64,000 bases of DNA, taken from the NCBI GenBank assembly GCA_013239625.1, contig MU054212.1, positions 9,224,898-9,288,897 of the forward strand, given 5' to 3'. How positions within the stretch are numbered: position 1 is the first letter of the stretch; every line of letters begins with the position of its first letter. The notes under the pieces are model-generated. The model saw only the letters and a program-made list of their open reading frames with translations, made no database searches and was not told the origin of the DNA. The position numbers and the translations under genes are program-made. Positions 39,871 through 52,955 of this stretch are shown here, in pieces. This DNA comes from Lama guanicoe. Its lineage: Eukaryota.

Positions 39871-40997
39871 ATTCCATCACCCATTCAGGTTCAGGCCACA
39901 GATTCTGACCCACCTTCTGTGGACTGTGGGTCCAGTGTCAGCTCAGTTTTCAAAGTTCTTATAGACCAGTTCAGGCCTCAAAGTCTTTGATGTGCTGTTG
40001 AAGGTCAGGTTCACACGTGAACAGCTCAGGGATAAGCTCGGAGCTTCTTAAACAATGTTGTGCGCTTGCTTTGCAGGATTGTCATTTTTTGTGACCTCCA
40101 AGTGCTTTCCCACTTTCTGGGGCCTTCCTTTTTGGCCCTTCAGTGAAACCTGGGGCCTCGGTTGCCTCCTTTCGCCATGCACTTTCTATCACCGTGCCCA
40201 TGTCTGGGGCCAGGCCGAGGGAAGGTAGAGAAGAAAAACAGAAGGGGTTTGTCCCACCTCTTGGGGCCACAGCTCCACTGATTGGAGGGGAGGTTCCCTA
40301 TGTCAGAGTTTTAGGATCTGCCAGTTCTGCTGCCACTCCTAGGAGACCCCTTCCCCACCCTTTAAGTCGGAACCAGAAGACTCCCCTGGAGCTCTCTCTG
40401 TCTGTACCTGATACCCTCTTTCAGGTTTGGGGCTGCCCGAGAGCCCCGGCTGGGGAGTACCAGAGAAAACGGTCAGCTCATGACCAGTTCAGTTGAACTT
40501 CCGGTTCTGGTCTTCTTCCCCAATCTACCTACCACTATTTTTTTTTTTCCATCTTCAAATAGCTGCTCGATGCCTGCTGTCCAGGGTGTGGGGTTGCATT
40601 CTATGGGACAGACAGGGCGGAGCGCGCTGAGTCCATCTCACCCGTCTCACCAGAACTCCTTCCCACGTTTGACACAGGTGGCAGCTAGTGCAGAGCAGTA
40701 ATCAAAGCACCGAGAATTAATGACTTAACACAAGTTTGCTTTGATGCTGTTATTTGATAAATGAGAGAAGACCAATGATACCTTATCTATAGTAATGTTG
40801 TATGTGAAGTGTCACATGGTGGGAATTTTTACCTTCTTTTAAAATGTAATCACCGAGGAATTTGAATTTGTAAGAATCATAATCCTTCCAATGCCTGTTT
40901 GCTTCCTCCGTCTTCTGCAATTGATTTTTACCAGAAACAAAAGCAGAAAGCAGTATTCTTTCCATTGGTGTGTATTACTCTTTATAAGTACCATCAT

Positions 40998-41231
40998 GGT
41001 GGAGGGATATAAATTTGGAGTGTGGGATTAGCAGATACAAACTACTATATACAGAACAGATAAACAACAAGGTCCTACCGTGTAGCACGGGGAACTATAT
41101 TAAATAGCTTGGAATAACCTATAATGTAAAAGAACATAAGAGAGAATATATATGTGTATAACTGATTAACTACGCTGTACACCAGAAACTAACACAACAT
41201 TGTAAATCAGTTGTACTTCAATTAAAAACAA
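40998..41231 (+). mobile_element. 5'-truncated L1 3' end (laurasiatherian/artiodactyl type) with perfect target-site duplication
   Basis: gggattagcagatacaaactactatat..gctgtacaccagaaactaacacaacattgtaaatca..ttcaattaaaaa; 12-bp duplication aagtaccatcat at 40986-40997 and 41232-41243. Confidence 0.88.
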
Positions 41232-41781
41232 AAGTACCATCATCCTTTTTTCCTCAATCAGACTTGAGTTTGATGTCAAAATGTTTTAATTTCTATATGA
41301 AATTTGAAATACAGTTTAAATATTAAAAAAATTATAAGATGGCCCGTGTACAAAAGTCAATCTGAGTTCTTTGAAAGGGGTTCATTTCTGTAAGCTCTTG
41401 AGTTAATCCATGAGAAGCATATATTCTTAACACGTTTTACTCTGTTTCCTGGGGAACAGGGAGCTGTTCTCTAATATTATTATTATTCTTTCACCTTTTT
41501 CTCACCTCCCATCCCTCTTTCTTGTCTGAAACGTCTTTCATGTAGAAGACTCAGAAAACTGGAGGCAAGCTGCTTATGAAACAGATTTAAAGAAAGAGGG
41601 AGAATATTAAAACAAATGAGTGCAAATGTAGATGCTCCCCAGGGCTTTCCCTCTCTAAAGTTTATTTGGTATGTAATTGTCACCTGCATACAACGGCACT
41701 GACAGCAGAACATCTCTGCTACCTGGTTGGAAAATCACCATACAAATACTAAGAAGATACCGTATCTTTCTGTCTCTCCAG

Positions 41782-41964
41782 AAAATTCTCACCATGATTC
41801 CCACCGAAGAAGAAAAGCAGAAGATCCAGGAAGCGCAGCTGGCCAGCCCGGAGGTGCCGCTGGGCAGCGCGGAGCAGTTCCTGCTGACGCTCTCCTCCAT
41901 CAGCGAGCTCTCGGCGCGCCTCCACCTCTGGGCGTTCAAAATGGATTACGAAACTACAGAAAAG
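41782..41964 (+). CDS. FHOD3: FHOD3 FH2 exon ([61 protein letters not shown])
   Basis: Acceptor tctctccag| and donor AAG|gtaagc; 183 nt, phase 0/0. FH2 PTxEE and LGxAEQF motifs. Confidence 0.96.
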
Positions 41965-43574
41965 GTAAGCCCTTGGGAAGAGAGGCAGCCGGCCCTGCAG
42001 CCCCCATGTTGAGAAAGTCTGTGTTTTTACCGGTGAGCACGGGTGAGGTATCCTTCCTGAGACAGGGTTTGAAGGGTGAGTTGATTGTGATGGGTTTGTG
42101 TGTACACTGAGTGCGAGCAGCCTGCCAGTGAGGGATTATGCGGAAGTGTCTGCCTGGCGCCAGCCCCAGATAGTCTACTGGTGGAAAAAATAAACAGACT
42201 TAAATTGTTTTTCTGACTCAAAGAAAATTTAGACAATACAGAAAAACACAATGTGAGAAGTGACTTGGCGGTCTTTTTATCTGAGGGTCGTCACTTCACT
42301 GCCATTGACGTGGCAATTAGCAAGTCATTGGGTCCCTTTAAGAGAGGTTGTCAGTAGGAAATCTAAGATGAACCAGACTGCAGGAGGCTGGAAAGAGAAT
42401 AGAAGCAAAAGGACTTTGACAGTGAAGGCCTGGGGAGGCTCATCCCGAGTGGAAAGCGGAAGAAGCAGGCACTTCTCTGGACTGGGGTGAGGTGACTGTG
42501 CAGGCTGAGCGGAAGGAGCCAGTGGAGAGGAAGCGGGAGAGATGGATGGTGAGCTGGAGGGGAGCCTGATTCAGAGGAGGTGACAGACTCAGGGGAGAGG
42601 CTGTGTGGTCCTCCTCGTTCTGCAGAGTGGGGAACACGGGCCTGACTGAGGGCCAGATAGGTAGCAGGGGGTCTACGGTGCTTCAGGAGGTAGCTGCTGT
42701 GTTGGAATTCATTCACGAATCAGGATGAAGGAGGCTAGGATTGCTACGGTGACGTGGTTGCAAAACCAGTCAGCATGTTTAGGTGACTGTCTGTAGCAAA
42801 GTCAGATAACTTGATGGAGAAAACAGATCATTGAATCAGCCTCGGTTGGGGATTGGTAGGGCCTGCCTGGCAGAAGTGAGGCTGGAGAGAATGAAGCGGA
42901 ACCTTCTGGCTTTGGGGTACGTGCTAGGGGAGAGGTTCTGAGAGGACACTGAAGTGGGGTGGGGGATTACAGAACAGCACAGAGGGAAGAGGAGACCAAG
43001 GCCATGAGACTCCAGGGCAAGCTAGACATCTGAGAGCAGGAGTTATGAAAGCCGTGGGAGTAATGATGGTGGCCTTCTAGAAAGTAACCCAGGCTAAGAG
43101 TGCCTCGAGGGGAGGTTAGGAGACCTGGATCCAGGGACAGGGAGGCCACAGTTGCTGTTGTCATTTGTTTGGGAGGAGAAAGACTGTGGTTCCGATGCTG
43201 AAGGAGCATGCAGAGGAGTTTCATAGAAGTCAACCGTGGTCAGAAGGAGATTGAGAGGAGAGCACGGCCTGAGTGTCCTGCTCAAGCTTGGAAGATGGGC
43301 AGGAACAGGGGAAGACAGCATTGTCACCCAGCCAAGCGCCTGGGAGCCGCAGGTAACCAGTTGGTCTCCACTGATGAGACTTTGGGAACTAGACTTCGTC
43401 CTGCTGCCTTTTCTGCACATCTCCACACCTGGGAGCGTGTGCCCATCACTGGGGATGGCCTTGCACTGGGAGAACTCCACGGGTTATGACCGTTGCACAA
43501 AAAGTAAAAAGAACAAAGGAAAGCCAAAATATGTGTTCTTTATTATCTTTTCTCACTTTTTTTTTAATTGAAAG

Positions 43575-43694
43575 GAAGTGGCTGAACCACTTTTGGACCT
43601 GAAGGAAGGGATAGACCAGCTGGAGAACAATAAAACCTTGGGCTACATCCTGTCTACTCTCTTGGCCATTGGGAACTTTCTAAATGGAACTAAT
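43575..43694 (+). CDS. FHOD3: FHOD3 FH2 exon ([40 protein letters not shown])
   Basis: Long T tract then aaag| acceptor; donor AAT|gtaagt; 120 nt, phase 0/0. Contains the GNFLN (GNxMN-type) FH2 post motif. Confidence 0.96.
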
Positions 43695-44433
43695 GTAAGT
43701 CTCTGGCACCCCTTACCCTCCTACCTCCCTTGTCCCCAAATCCCCGCCCTTCACTGGCTGCTGGAGGTGGTACCTCTGGGCCTCCAGAGCACAATCCAAC
43801 GAACAATTTTTGTGGGTTTGTTTTTTTTTTTAGTGAAACTCTAGATGTTTTTTGTCCTTGAAATAGCAGGGCATATTCCTTCAAGCCTATCTCTTGCTGT
43901 AGATAAGAAAACTTAGAAAAATAAGCACATGATTCTTCACGAAGCTTGACTCCTCTCCAAATTGATTTTGGAGATATTTTCTTCTACCCTGTTTTGGTTT
44001 TTTTTCTTTTCCTTTTTTTCCTGTGCTTATTGCTGAAATGTTTGTACTCACACACATTATAAACAAACCTTTTTGGAAAAAGTAGCCTATCTTGAGCCAG
44101 GAAGTAGAAAAGCAGGGAAGGGATTAGAGGAGACACCTAGAAAGCAGAGCCCCAGGCCCCCAGTGCCCTGACTGAGGAGGGAGCCCTGGGACGGCCCGGG
44201 GCTGATGGCCATGGTGGGAGAGGGCTGGAGGCGCGTTCCTCTTTCAGTGAGGCTGGTTCACGTGTGATCAGCTAAGATTGATGGAGCCTGTGGTCTGAGA
44301 TGCCCCAGGCACAGAGGAATTAAGTATTGGGCTCCTCCAAGAAGGCTTTGGTTCTAGCCATTTGTGTCTTTCTAAGAGCCTGCGTAAAACTTGCTGCTCA
44401 TCCTGTGTTTTATTTAAAATGCTCCCCAAACAG

Positions 44434-44595
44434 GCCAAAGCGTTTGAGTTAAGCTACCTCGAGAAGGTTCCAGAAGTCAAAGACACCGTGCACAAGCAGT
44501 CGCTTCTCCACCACGTGTGCACCATGGTGGTGGAAAACTTCCCGGACAGCTCGGATCTGTACTCGGAGATCGGGGCCGTCACCAGGTCAGCCAAG
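44434..44595 (+). CDS. FHOD3: FHOD3 FH2 exon (AKAFELSYLEKVPEVKDTVHKQSLLHHVCTMVVENFPDSSDLYSEIGAVTRSAK)
   Basis: Acceptor aaacag| and donor AAG|gtatgt; 162 nt, phase 0/0. AxxFxLxxLxK..K...SLLH FH2 motif. Confidence 0.96.
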
Positions 44596-46573
44596 GTATG
44601 TCCGCGGACGCGGAGGAGGGCAGGCTCTGTTCACGTCCCAGTGCTGCTTGCACCCCCTGCTCTAGAGTCTGTGAATAAAACTCGTCTCCTCCCATTTCTA
44701 ATGGACCTTGACGATCGTTTTCCCATCTCTGGTTCTCTATCAGATTCTTCCGTCCTTTGGTATGTGAGGCCAGACTGGCATCTGGGGCAGTCCTAACCCC
44801 TGCGCCCACTGTTCAGCAGTGTTGCTCACCAGGCTGGGTTCTCCAGAGCATTAAAAACCACCCAGCTTGTTTTAGGTGGGCAGAATTGCCCAAAAGATGT
44901 GATTCGGCTCCTCCTTAAACTCACAGAACCCTGCAGTGAAGTGTGAAGCCAGGAAATTAAGGGCACGCCTGGGCCCCCGCCCTCCAGAGGTTGTCCACCC
45001 CTGTGATCTTACACGCAGGGAAGAGTGTTAGAGGGCTGTAAACAGTATATAGCTTTGGCCCCTCAGCTGCAAGCTCTTCAACTTACTGCAGAGATAAATC
45101 TTCACAAGCTTAGGGTTCAGTCGTCACAGCTAGACAGCCAGCTGCCCCCCACCCCACCCACCATGGGAGCATCACTGGGGCCAAACAACCCCAGAGAGAT
45201 CCCAAACCCAGCAGTACTGAGAGATGAAAGGTCTTGGAAGCAACAGGGAACTCATGGGAAGGGGCTTCAGGAGGGCACAGGAGCCAGGCTGGTGCGGAGG
45301 AAACTCCTGCAAACAGCCCAGCTGGGAAGCTGAGAGCAGAGGGACCTTTAGCCCCAGGACACATCGGAGTCTAGTGCGAACATGGGAGAGACCATGCCAA
45401 GCAGAGGTGGGGAAGGGGCTTGGCTAAGCGCCCCTCCCAGGAGCTCTTCCTCGCCCTGCCTTCTCTGACCGAGCTGGCTCGGGACCTGGGGGCCTGGGAC
45501 CCTCCTCACCTGCCTCCGGCTGGCAGCTGCCAGGTCCCCTGAGCAGGGAGCCCTGAGCTGGCCTGATGGTGGTCCTGCTTTGAGGTGGAAAGAGGCATGG
45601 CTAGCAATGCCCCAGCCCTGAGAGCTGGCACACTCTTCTGTTTCACAGGCACTCTTCCCGTATTCACTCTGTGCCAGGCCCTGTTCTCAAGTCTTTAGAA
45701 ATACTACTGAACTATTCTAACAAAGGCAAAAAGCACCCCCCCCCCGAATGTCCAGCAGGGACCTTCCAGTTGCTGCTCTGATATGCACCCCCCTCCCCCG
45801 GAGCACCTTCTGAGAAGACAGTTTGTTAGGCATAGTTCTTGAGATAAAGTCTGCCTGGCTTCTGGAGCCCCTTCATCTTGGTCCTGTTCCCTTTTGACCT
45901 GTAGTCCTTTGTTCTTTCCAGGGCCTTCTGCTAGGGGGAGCCTGCTTGTGATGACAGTCGCCCTGCCTAGGGGCTGTGACGCCAGGTGGCCGCAGTGCCT
46001 CGCCTGGGTCCTTCTCAGTATCAGACCTGTCGTTGGCTAGACACCGACTACACGAGCCAGAAGTGCCGGTGGCTCCCACCCATTAAGCTGGGCAATGACT
46101 AAGGGTGACTGCTGACGCAGGTCAATGTGACTTACAACAGGAGGCCAGAGGGCATCCACCACTTCTCAGCCTTTATTCCAAAAGTTTTTTGGGGCATTGA
46201 GGGGTCCTTCTGTGCAGACAGGTGCAAAATCAGCTCCAAGGAACCTCAGCCCCAGCTTCATTCATTCCGTCCGCTGGTTGTCACTTGGGTGTCATCACTG
46301 AAACACCCAAGGTTGCCAGGTTACTCTGGCATCTGGGGGAAAACTGTGTCCCCCTCTCCAGGGGCTGGTGGAAATGAGTGGAGGGAGGGACAATGCTGGC
46401 TGCTCCTAGAGGGGTGGGGGGTGGGGTGCCTCACAGGCTTGTACAATGTGCTGACCCGTCAGTTCAGCTTGCAGATGACAACACTGACCTGACATGATGA
46501 CTGACCTGACACAGCGACTCCAGGAGTGGAAGCAGGAGGCAATGCAGGCTTCCTTCCTCCTGTTTTACCTGCT

Positions 46574-47484
46574 TGTATTAGTTATCTACAGCTGTGTAAC
46601 AAATCACCCCAAAAACTAGTGGCTTAGGGTGATCTATTAGTTTCTTAGGGTTGCTGTGACAAAGTACCACAAACTTGGTGGCTTAGAAAGACAGAAATAT
46701 TTGTCCCACAGTTCTGGCAGTCAGAAGTCTGAGATCAAGGTGTTGGTGGGGGGAGTTCCTTTTGGGAGAGAAATCTGTACCATATCTTTCTCCTAACTTC
46801 TTACGGTTTGCTGGAAATCACCCCAATCTCTGCCTTCACCTTCACATGGCATTCTCCCTGTGTGTCTATGTCCAGAGTTCCCCTTCTTATAAGGATTCCA
46901 GTCATATTGGACTAGGGGCCCACCCTATGCCAGTGTGACCTCATCCTCGCTTAACTAATTACATCTGTAATGACCCTATTTCCCAGTCCACCTTCTGAGG
47001 CACTTGGGGTGAGGACTTCAGCATGTGAATTTTGGTGTCACACACTTCAACCCATAAACAACAATAAGAAATGTTATTTCATGAGTGGTCCTGTCTGTTT
47101 CTCTTCTGAGGTTTCAGTCAACATGTGCTCTGAGGCTGCAGTCATCCGAAGGCTTGTCTGGGGCAGAGAGATTTAAACCGTGGCGGCTCACTCACCTGCT
47201 GGTTGTTAAGAGGCCTCAGTTCCTTCCCACGTGGGCCTCTCCCAGGGCTCCCCGAGTGTCCTCATGACACAGCAGATGGCCTCTCCCAAAATGTGTGATC
47301 CGAGACAGAGCACACCAGCGCTCCTGGCAGAAGCTCTTCCCTTTTTATGACCTAGCTTTTATCTTCTCTTCATTAGAACCGAGTCACTCAAGCTGGCTCG
47401 CATTCAGAGGGAAGGGTTGCAGTCTTTACATTGTGAAGGGATAAGTGTCAAAGAGTTTACAACCTACTGTTAGAGTACCATACA
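46574..47484 (-). mobile_element. Nested MaLR LTRs: an MLT1 LTR (46633-47060) inserted into an older MLT1 LTR
   Basis: Two successive t(g/c)tattagtt..gctgtg..acaaa..cac..aaa..gtggcttag starts at 46574 and 46633. The inner element ends ttcaacccataaaca and the outer one resumes after it. Confidence 0.75.
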
Positions 47485-47759
47485 ACTCATTCTGTGTGTT
47501 TTCCCTACTGCACCCCTTCTGCAGCCCCGGCTCTGGTCCCTGAGTTGTCCCACAGCATCCTGGACTTATTTAGTAAGACATGACTGCCTCATGGCACAGC
47601 TCTATGTCCTCCTAGGCATGGAAAGTGGCCCACGTGGAGCAGTCCTCAGAAGAGGACTTACTGGCAAGGACGTCCTTCTCACAACAGAAGGCCAGGCCAG
47701 CTCTCTCCTTGGGGTGGAATTTTTTAGGGGTGAACCTAGGTTTAAGGCATGATGGCTGA

Positions 47760-47900
47760 GAACTTAGACTCCAGAGCTCGAGAGATCTGGGTTCAAATCC
47801 CAGTTTCACTGCTTAACCAGTTGTATGGCCCTTACAAGTTCCTTAACCTCTCTGTGCAACAGTTTCTCCCCACTGAAGTAGAACCAGTAACAGAATCTAA
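47760..47900 (+). mobile_element. MIR fragment
   Basis: agactccagag..ctgggttcaaatcccagtttcactgctta..caagttccttaacctctctgtgc..cagtttc. Confidence 0.75.
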
Positions 47901-49966
47901 GGCCATGAAGTAACTGGGAAGATTCAGATCATGGGGGACTCCATCAGCCCGGCAGGCAGCCAGCAGAAACAGCCTTCTAGCCCTCCTCAAAAGATGCTAC
48001 GTTCACCTCAAGCCTCAAACACCTTTTGGTCAAAGGCTCCCCACCTGGTTTCCATTGGCAGTGAGGTTCCTTTTATCTACCACCACCTTTAAAAGGCTCA
48101 CAGTGCATTCTCTTCTCTGAAAACCATCTTTCACATGGTGTGGCCTCTGGCTCCGTGCCCACGACTGTGCTGGGCAGGCATCCCCTGTCTAGACTGTACC
48201 TACCTATTGAACTGAAGTTATTAAATCTATTCCATCTATTAAAACTGTTGTAGATCAAGGTTGCTGCCAGATGCAAATGAGGACAGGTGGAGAGAGCTAT
48301 GATTAGACCTATTACCATTGGCTCCTCCAAACCTCCCAGGCCTCTTAAACATTATGTGTCAATCCCAGGTCATCGGATCCCTTACTAGATTTATTCTTTG
48401 AACTATTCAGCCCTTCTTTTCTAAATCTGCATTTCTTTTTCTCTCAGGTAAATGCCAGATGTTTTTTAATCATAGGAAAATGAAACCTTTTCTAATCAGG
48501 ACCCAGAATTCCTTTGTTTTCAGGCAAATCATTTTTCTCAAAGTTCTACCACTCCCACCCCCCACCCTACTTACCTGAATCCCAAGCCTCTGCCTAAACT
48601 TGTCTTCTGTTTTTGGCACTATCACACTCAAGAAATCCAGGACATGTGATGTCTCGCCTGGCCCCCCCCCAGGCACCCCCCATACTCAGCGTGTCTTCAT
48701 CAGATCTTCTCACCGAATCAACCTTGGTTGACTTCGTCTCCTCCATTGTCTTTCTGAGGATGGGGCTGGAGGTCTGAGGTCATTCCCACAAGTCCCCTTG
48801 GGTTCTCGCCTCCAGGCCCTGCTCTCAGGCCCCGGTCCTGGCACCAAGCAATGGCAGCTTACCTCTCTGTATCTTATCTCCTTCTGACCTTTGTTTTCCA
48901 GACTCTTACCCTTTCCCACCATCTTTCACTCTCCACCTCAGTCCCCTCCATTCAGCTCTAAGGTTTATCTATTTCTTCCTCCCCTCCTAGCCTCTCAGTA
49001 TCTTTCCCCTTCCCCATCCCACATCTCCCTCCATTAAATACCCTCCAGTGTGTTTTCTCATGGCTAACTCTGTGAGTCACATAACTTTTAGTCTAGAAGT
49101 TCTTTCAAAGCATCCCTTTCAAAAACCTCATCTCAGGCCACTTCAGTCAGTCTAAACTGGTCCCAGTTCCCTGAAGAGCAAAGAGCATGCTCTGTCACAG
49201 CTGTTCCCTGCACACATGGTTTGCATCTGCTGGCAGGACCACACAGCCAGACACTCACCCAGACACAGATCCGCCCAGAGGCCTAGTGGGTTCTGACCAC
49301 CCTCAGTGCTCAGTGATCACCTGTCTATACAGTGAGCCTCTTCGGGGACAGCAGCTTGGTCTCCTCTCTCACTTATCTTTGTCTTCTTCATACCTGGTAG
49401 GGGGACTGGCACACACTAGATTCTCCGTGAGTGTTGTTGGAATGAGGGAATGAATGGATAAATGAAGTCATTTGTCATACAGTGTAAAGCTGATCATGAG
49501 AAAGAGAAGCTGGCTGCCCCTTCGCTGGCCCCAGCATGTCAGGGCTGTCCCTGTATGACTGTGGTGCATTCGTCTAACCTCGAGTGAAATATCTGAAGAA
49601 CAAGAGTGCTCTGAAAAATTTTATGAGACATCTGCTCAGTTCGTCTTGTACTAGGGTTCCTTGATATCATGTTTTAATTTACAGTTCCTGAAGACTTTCT
49701 TAAGATTTCTTTCCAAATACTGACAAAAAAAAAAGTGACATTTGTATTCAGCTCATTTGGAGAACAGTTTTATCACGAAATAACTTGATGCCAAGATAAT
49801 GACAAATGCACATGTGGATAATTTTTAAGGCCATAAATATGTTTGTATTTCGGGGTGTGAATTTGGTTTTGATGTTTGTTTCTTCCCGGAGACTGTTCGG
49901 TTTGCTGGGTCACGTTCGTGTCCGGTTATTTCAGCACTTTTGCAATGTTCTCTCTCTGATTGTCAG

Positions 49967-50157
49967 GTTGACTTTGATCAACTTCAGGATAATTTATGTC
50001 AGATGGAGAGACGATGCAAAGCCTCATGGGATCACCTCAAGGCAATTGCAAAACATGAGATGAAACCAGTTTTAAAACAACGAATGTCAGAGTTCCTGAA
50101 AGACTGTGCGGAGCGAATTATAATTTTAAAGATTGTCCATAGAAGAATCATTAACAG
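49967..50157 (+). CDS. FHOD3: FHOD3 FH2 exon (VDFDQLQDNLCQMERRCKASWDHLKAIAKHEMKPVLKQRMSEFLKDCAERIIILKIVHRRIINR)
   Basis: Acceptor gattgtcag| and donor ACAG|gtaagt; 191 nt, phase 0/2. Confidence 0.96.
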
Positions 50158-51254
50158 GTAAGTGGACTGAGGAACTTGCAGAAACATCAGTAAAATGGCA
50201 TGTTGAAGGTATCTGCAAACTGAGATCTGTAGCTTAAATTTACAAAAATTGTACTGTGAATTCTTGGTACATAGCAAGTGTACCCTTGATGAACCTGTTT
50301 ATTTCATGGGTACTTAATTTTTCACACACACACAACAATAATGTTATAATGCCATTGAATCTTGAGGTTGGAAGGACTGTCAGAGATAATCTCATCCCCA
50401 AATCCTACTTGATCAGGAATTGCATCTGTAAGGTCTCTGACAAGTTGGCCGCTGCATCTCTGCATCTAAACAGTTCTGCCTACGTCCCTGCAAGACTGCT
50501 CAACTTGCTAGAACAGTACCTTCTTTATATGATCCACAGTCTGCCTTCTGAGACCTTTCACTCGTCGATTCTCTGATGGCTGCTCTGTGCTGCAGCCTGC
50601 CTGGAGGAGGCCTGGGCCCCACCGTGGGTGCCATCCCCTGGACCAGCCTTCCTCGGAGACCCAGGGTCCACAAGGACCCGGGCAGACACAGCAGTGAGGT
50701 GTCAGGCCTTGCTTGCCTACAGGAGGTTGGCTGGGGTCTGTCCAGGGCTGTTTCCTCTGTAAGTGGTGGCAGTGCCAGGCCGAGAATCTGGATCTTCCAA
50801 CTCCCCGGGTCAGGCTGTTTCCTACCAGCAGCCCCTGCCCCCCACACTCGTCTCCTTTGTTTTGTCCCCTAACATAGTTGGGGGGCCCCTGCCCTGGCCT
50901 TTGGGCCTGAGTGCTCTGTCCTGGGCCTCGCACCGTGGTGAGCAAATACGCAGGTCTGCAGACCTGCAGGCCGTGGTTGTCCTGGAGCAGGTGCTTTGAT
51001 GACAGGCCCGCTGAAGCGGGCCTCACCGCAGTGCTGTAAGGCAGCGCTCCCTGGGGGCCGGCTGAACCGCGGGCCTTTCCCCGGGAGCTGCTCTCCCGGC
51101 CCCTCCCCTCCTGTGCTTGAGGACTTTTATTATTATTTTTTAAACAAATGGGTGGTGGTAATTTCATTTATCCCTGTGCATTTCACATTTCTGATTTTTT
51201 TCTCTTTTCCCTCCTTCCCTTCACTGTCTTTCCTTGTTTGCTTCCTTTAACCTT

Positions 51255-51391
51255 TCTTTTTAAAAAATTATTTATTTATTTAATTTGGGGGGAGGTAATT
51301 AGCTTTTTTTTTTAATGGAAGTACTGGAGATTGAACCCAGGACCTCATGCATGCTAAGCACGCGCTCTGCCACTGAGCTATACCCTCCCCC
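51255..51391 (-). mobile_element. tRNA-Ala-derived SINE (Vic-1 type), antisense
   Basis: ggaagtactggagattgaacccaggacctcatgcatgctaagcacgcgctctgccactgagctataccctcccc is the reverse complement of the SINE head; T-rich tail on the left. Confidence 0.88.
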
Positions 51392-51411
51392 CTTCCTCGA
51401 AGCCATACAGA

Positions 51412-52955
51412 ACTTTTTTTTAATGTGTTTCCCCTTTATTTTATGAATGTGTGAGTTATCACAAGTGATTTTTTTTACATGGACATACATATATTCATTT
51501 TCATATTCTTTTTCATCAAAAGTTACCACGAGATATTGAATATAGTTCCCTGTGCTCTACAGTAGAAACTTGGTTTTTATCTATTTTATATATAGTAGTT
51601 AGTATCTGCAAATCTCAAACTCCCAATTTATCCCTAGCCACCCCCTTTCCCCACTGGTAACCATAAGTTTGTTTTCTATGTCTCTGAGTCTGTTTCTGTT
51701 TTGTAAGTAAGTTCATTTGTCTGTCTCCTTTTTTTAGATTCCACGTATGAGTGGTATCATATGGTATTTTTCTTTTTCTTTCTGGCTTACTTCACGTAGA
51801 ATGGCAAACAGGTCCATCATGTTGCTGCAAATGGCATTATTTTATTCTTTTATATGGCTGAGTAGTATTCCATTGTGTAAATATACCACAACCTCTTTAT
51901 CTAGTCATCTGTTGACGGACGTTTAGATTGTTTCCATGTCTTGGCTGTTGTACATAGTGCTGCTGTGAACACTGGGGTGCATGTATCTCTTTAAATTAAG
52001 GTTCCCTCTGGATATATGCGCAGGAGTGGGATTGCTGAATCTGTGTAGGAAGGTTCCCTTTTCTCCACAGCCTCTCCAGCATTTATCATTTGTGGACTTT
52101 TGAATGATGGCCATTCTGACTGCTGCAAGACAATACCTTATTGCAGTTTTGATATGCATTTCTCTGATAATTAGTGATACTGAGCATTTTTTCATGCGCC
52201 TATTGGCCATTTGTATATCTTCATTGGAGAATTGCTTGTTTAATTAAGTCTTCTGCCCATTTTTGGATTGGGTTGGGTTTTTTTGTTGTTGTTAAGTTGT
52301 ATGAGCTGTTTATATATTATGGAAATTAGGCCCTAGTCAGTCTCATCTTCTGCAAATATTTTCTCCCATTCTGTAGGTTGTCTTTTTATTTTGCTTATGG
52401 TTTCCTTTGCTGTGAAAAAGCTTGTAAGTTTAATTAGGTCCCATTTGTTTATTTTTGCTTTTATTTCTATCACTTGGGTAGACTGCCCTAAGAGAACATT
52501 GCTAAGATTTATGTCAGAGAATGTTTATTTTGCCTATCTTCTAATAGGTTTATAGTGTCTTGTCTTATGTTTAAGTCTTTAAGCCATGTTGAGTTTATTT
52601 TTTTGCATGGTGCGAGGGAGTATTCTAACTTCATTCATGCAGCTGTCCAGTTTTCCCAACACCACTTGCTGAAGAGACTGTCATTACTCTGTTGTATGTT
52701 CTTGCCTCCTTCGTCAAAGATAAATTGACCGAAAGTTTGTGGGTTTATTTCTAGGCTCTCTATTCTGTTCCCTTGATCCATACGTCTGTTTTGATGACTG
52801 TAGCTCTACAGTATTGTCTGAGGTCTGGGAGGGTTATTCCTCCAGCTTCATTCTTTTTTTCAGTATTGCTCTGGCAATTTGGGGTCTTCTGTGATTCCAT
52901 ATAAATTTTAGGATTATTTGTTCTAGTTCTGTGAAAAATGCCCTGGGTAATTTGG
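51412..52955 (-). mobile_element. Relatively young L1 (3' UTR and ORF2 C-terminus)
   Basis: Minus-strand ORF 51923-52210 reads [45 protein letters not shown], the L1 ORF2 C-terminal Cys-rich region. Confidence 0.92.

Noticed and set aside
50508..51167. 219-aa minus-strand ORF
   Set aside because: Pro/Gly/Arg-rich translation typical of chance ORFs in GC-rich intron; no homology recognised.
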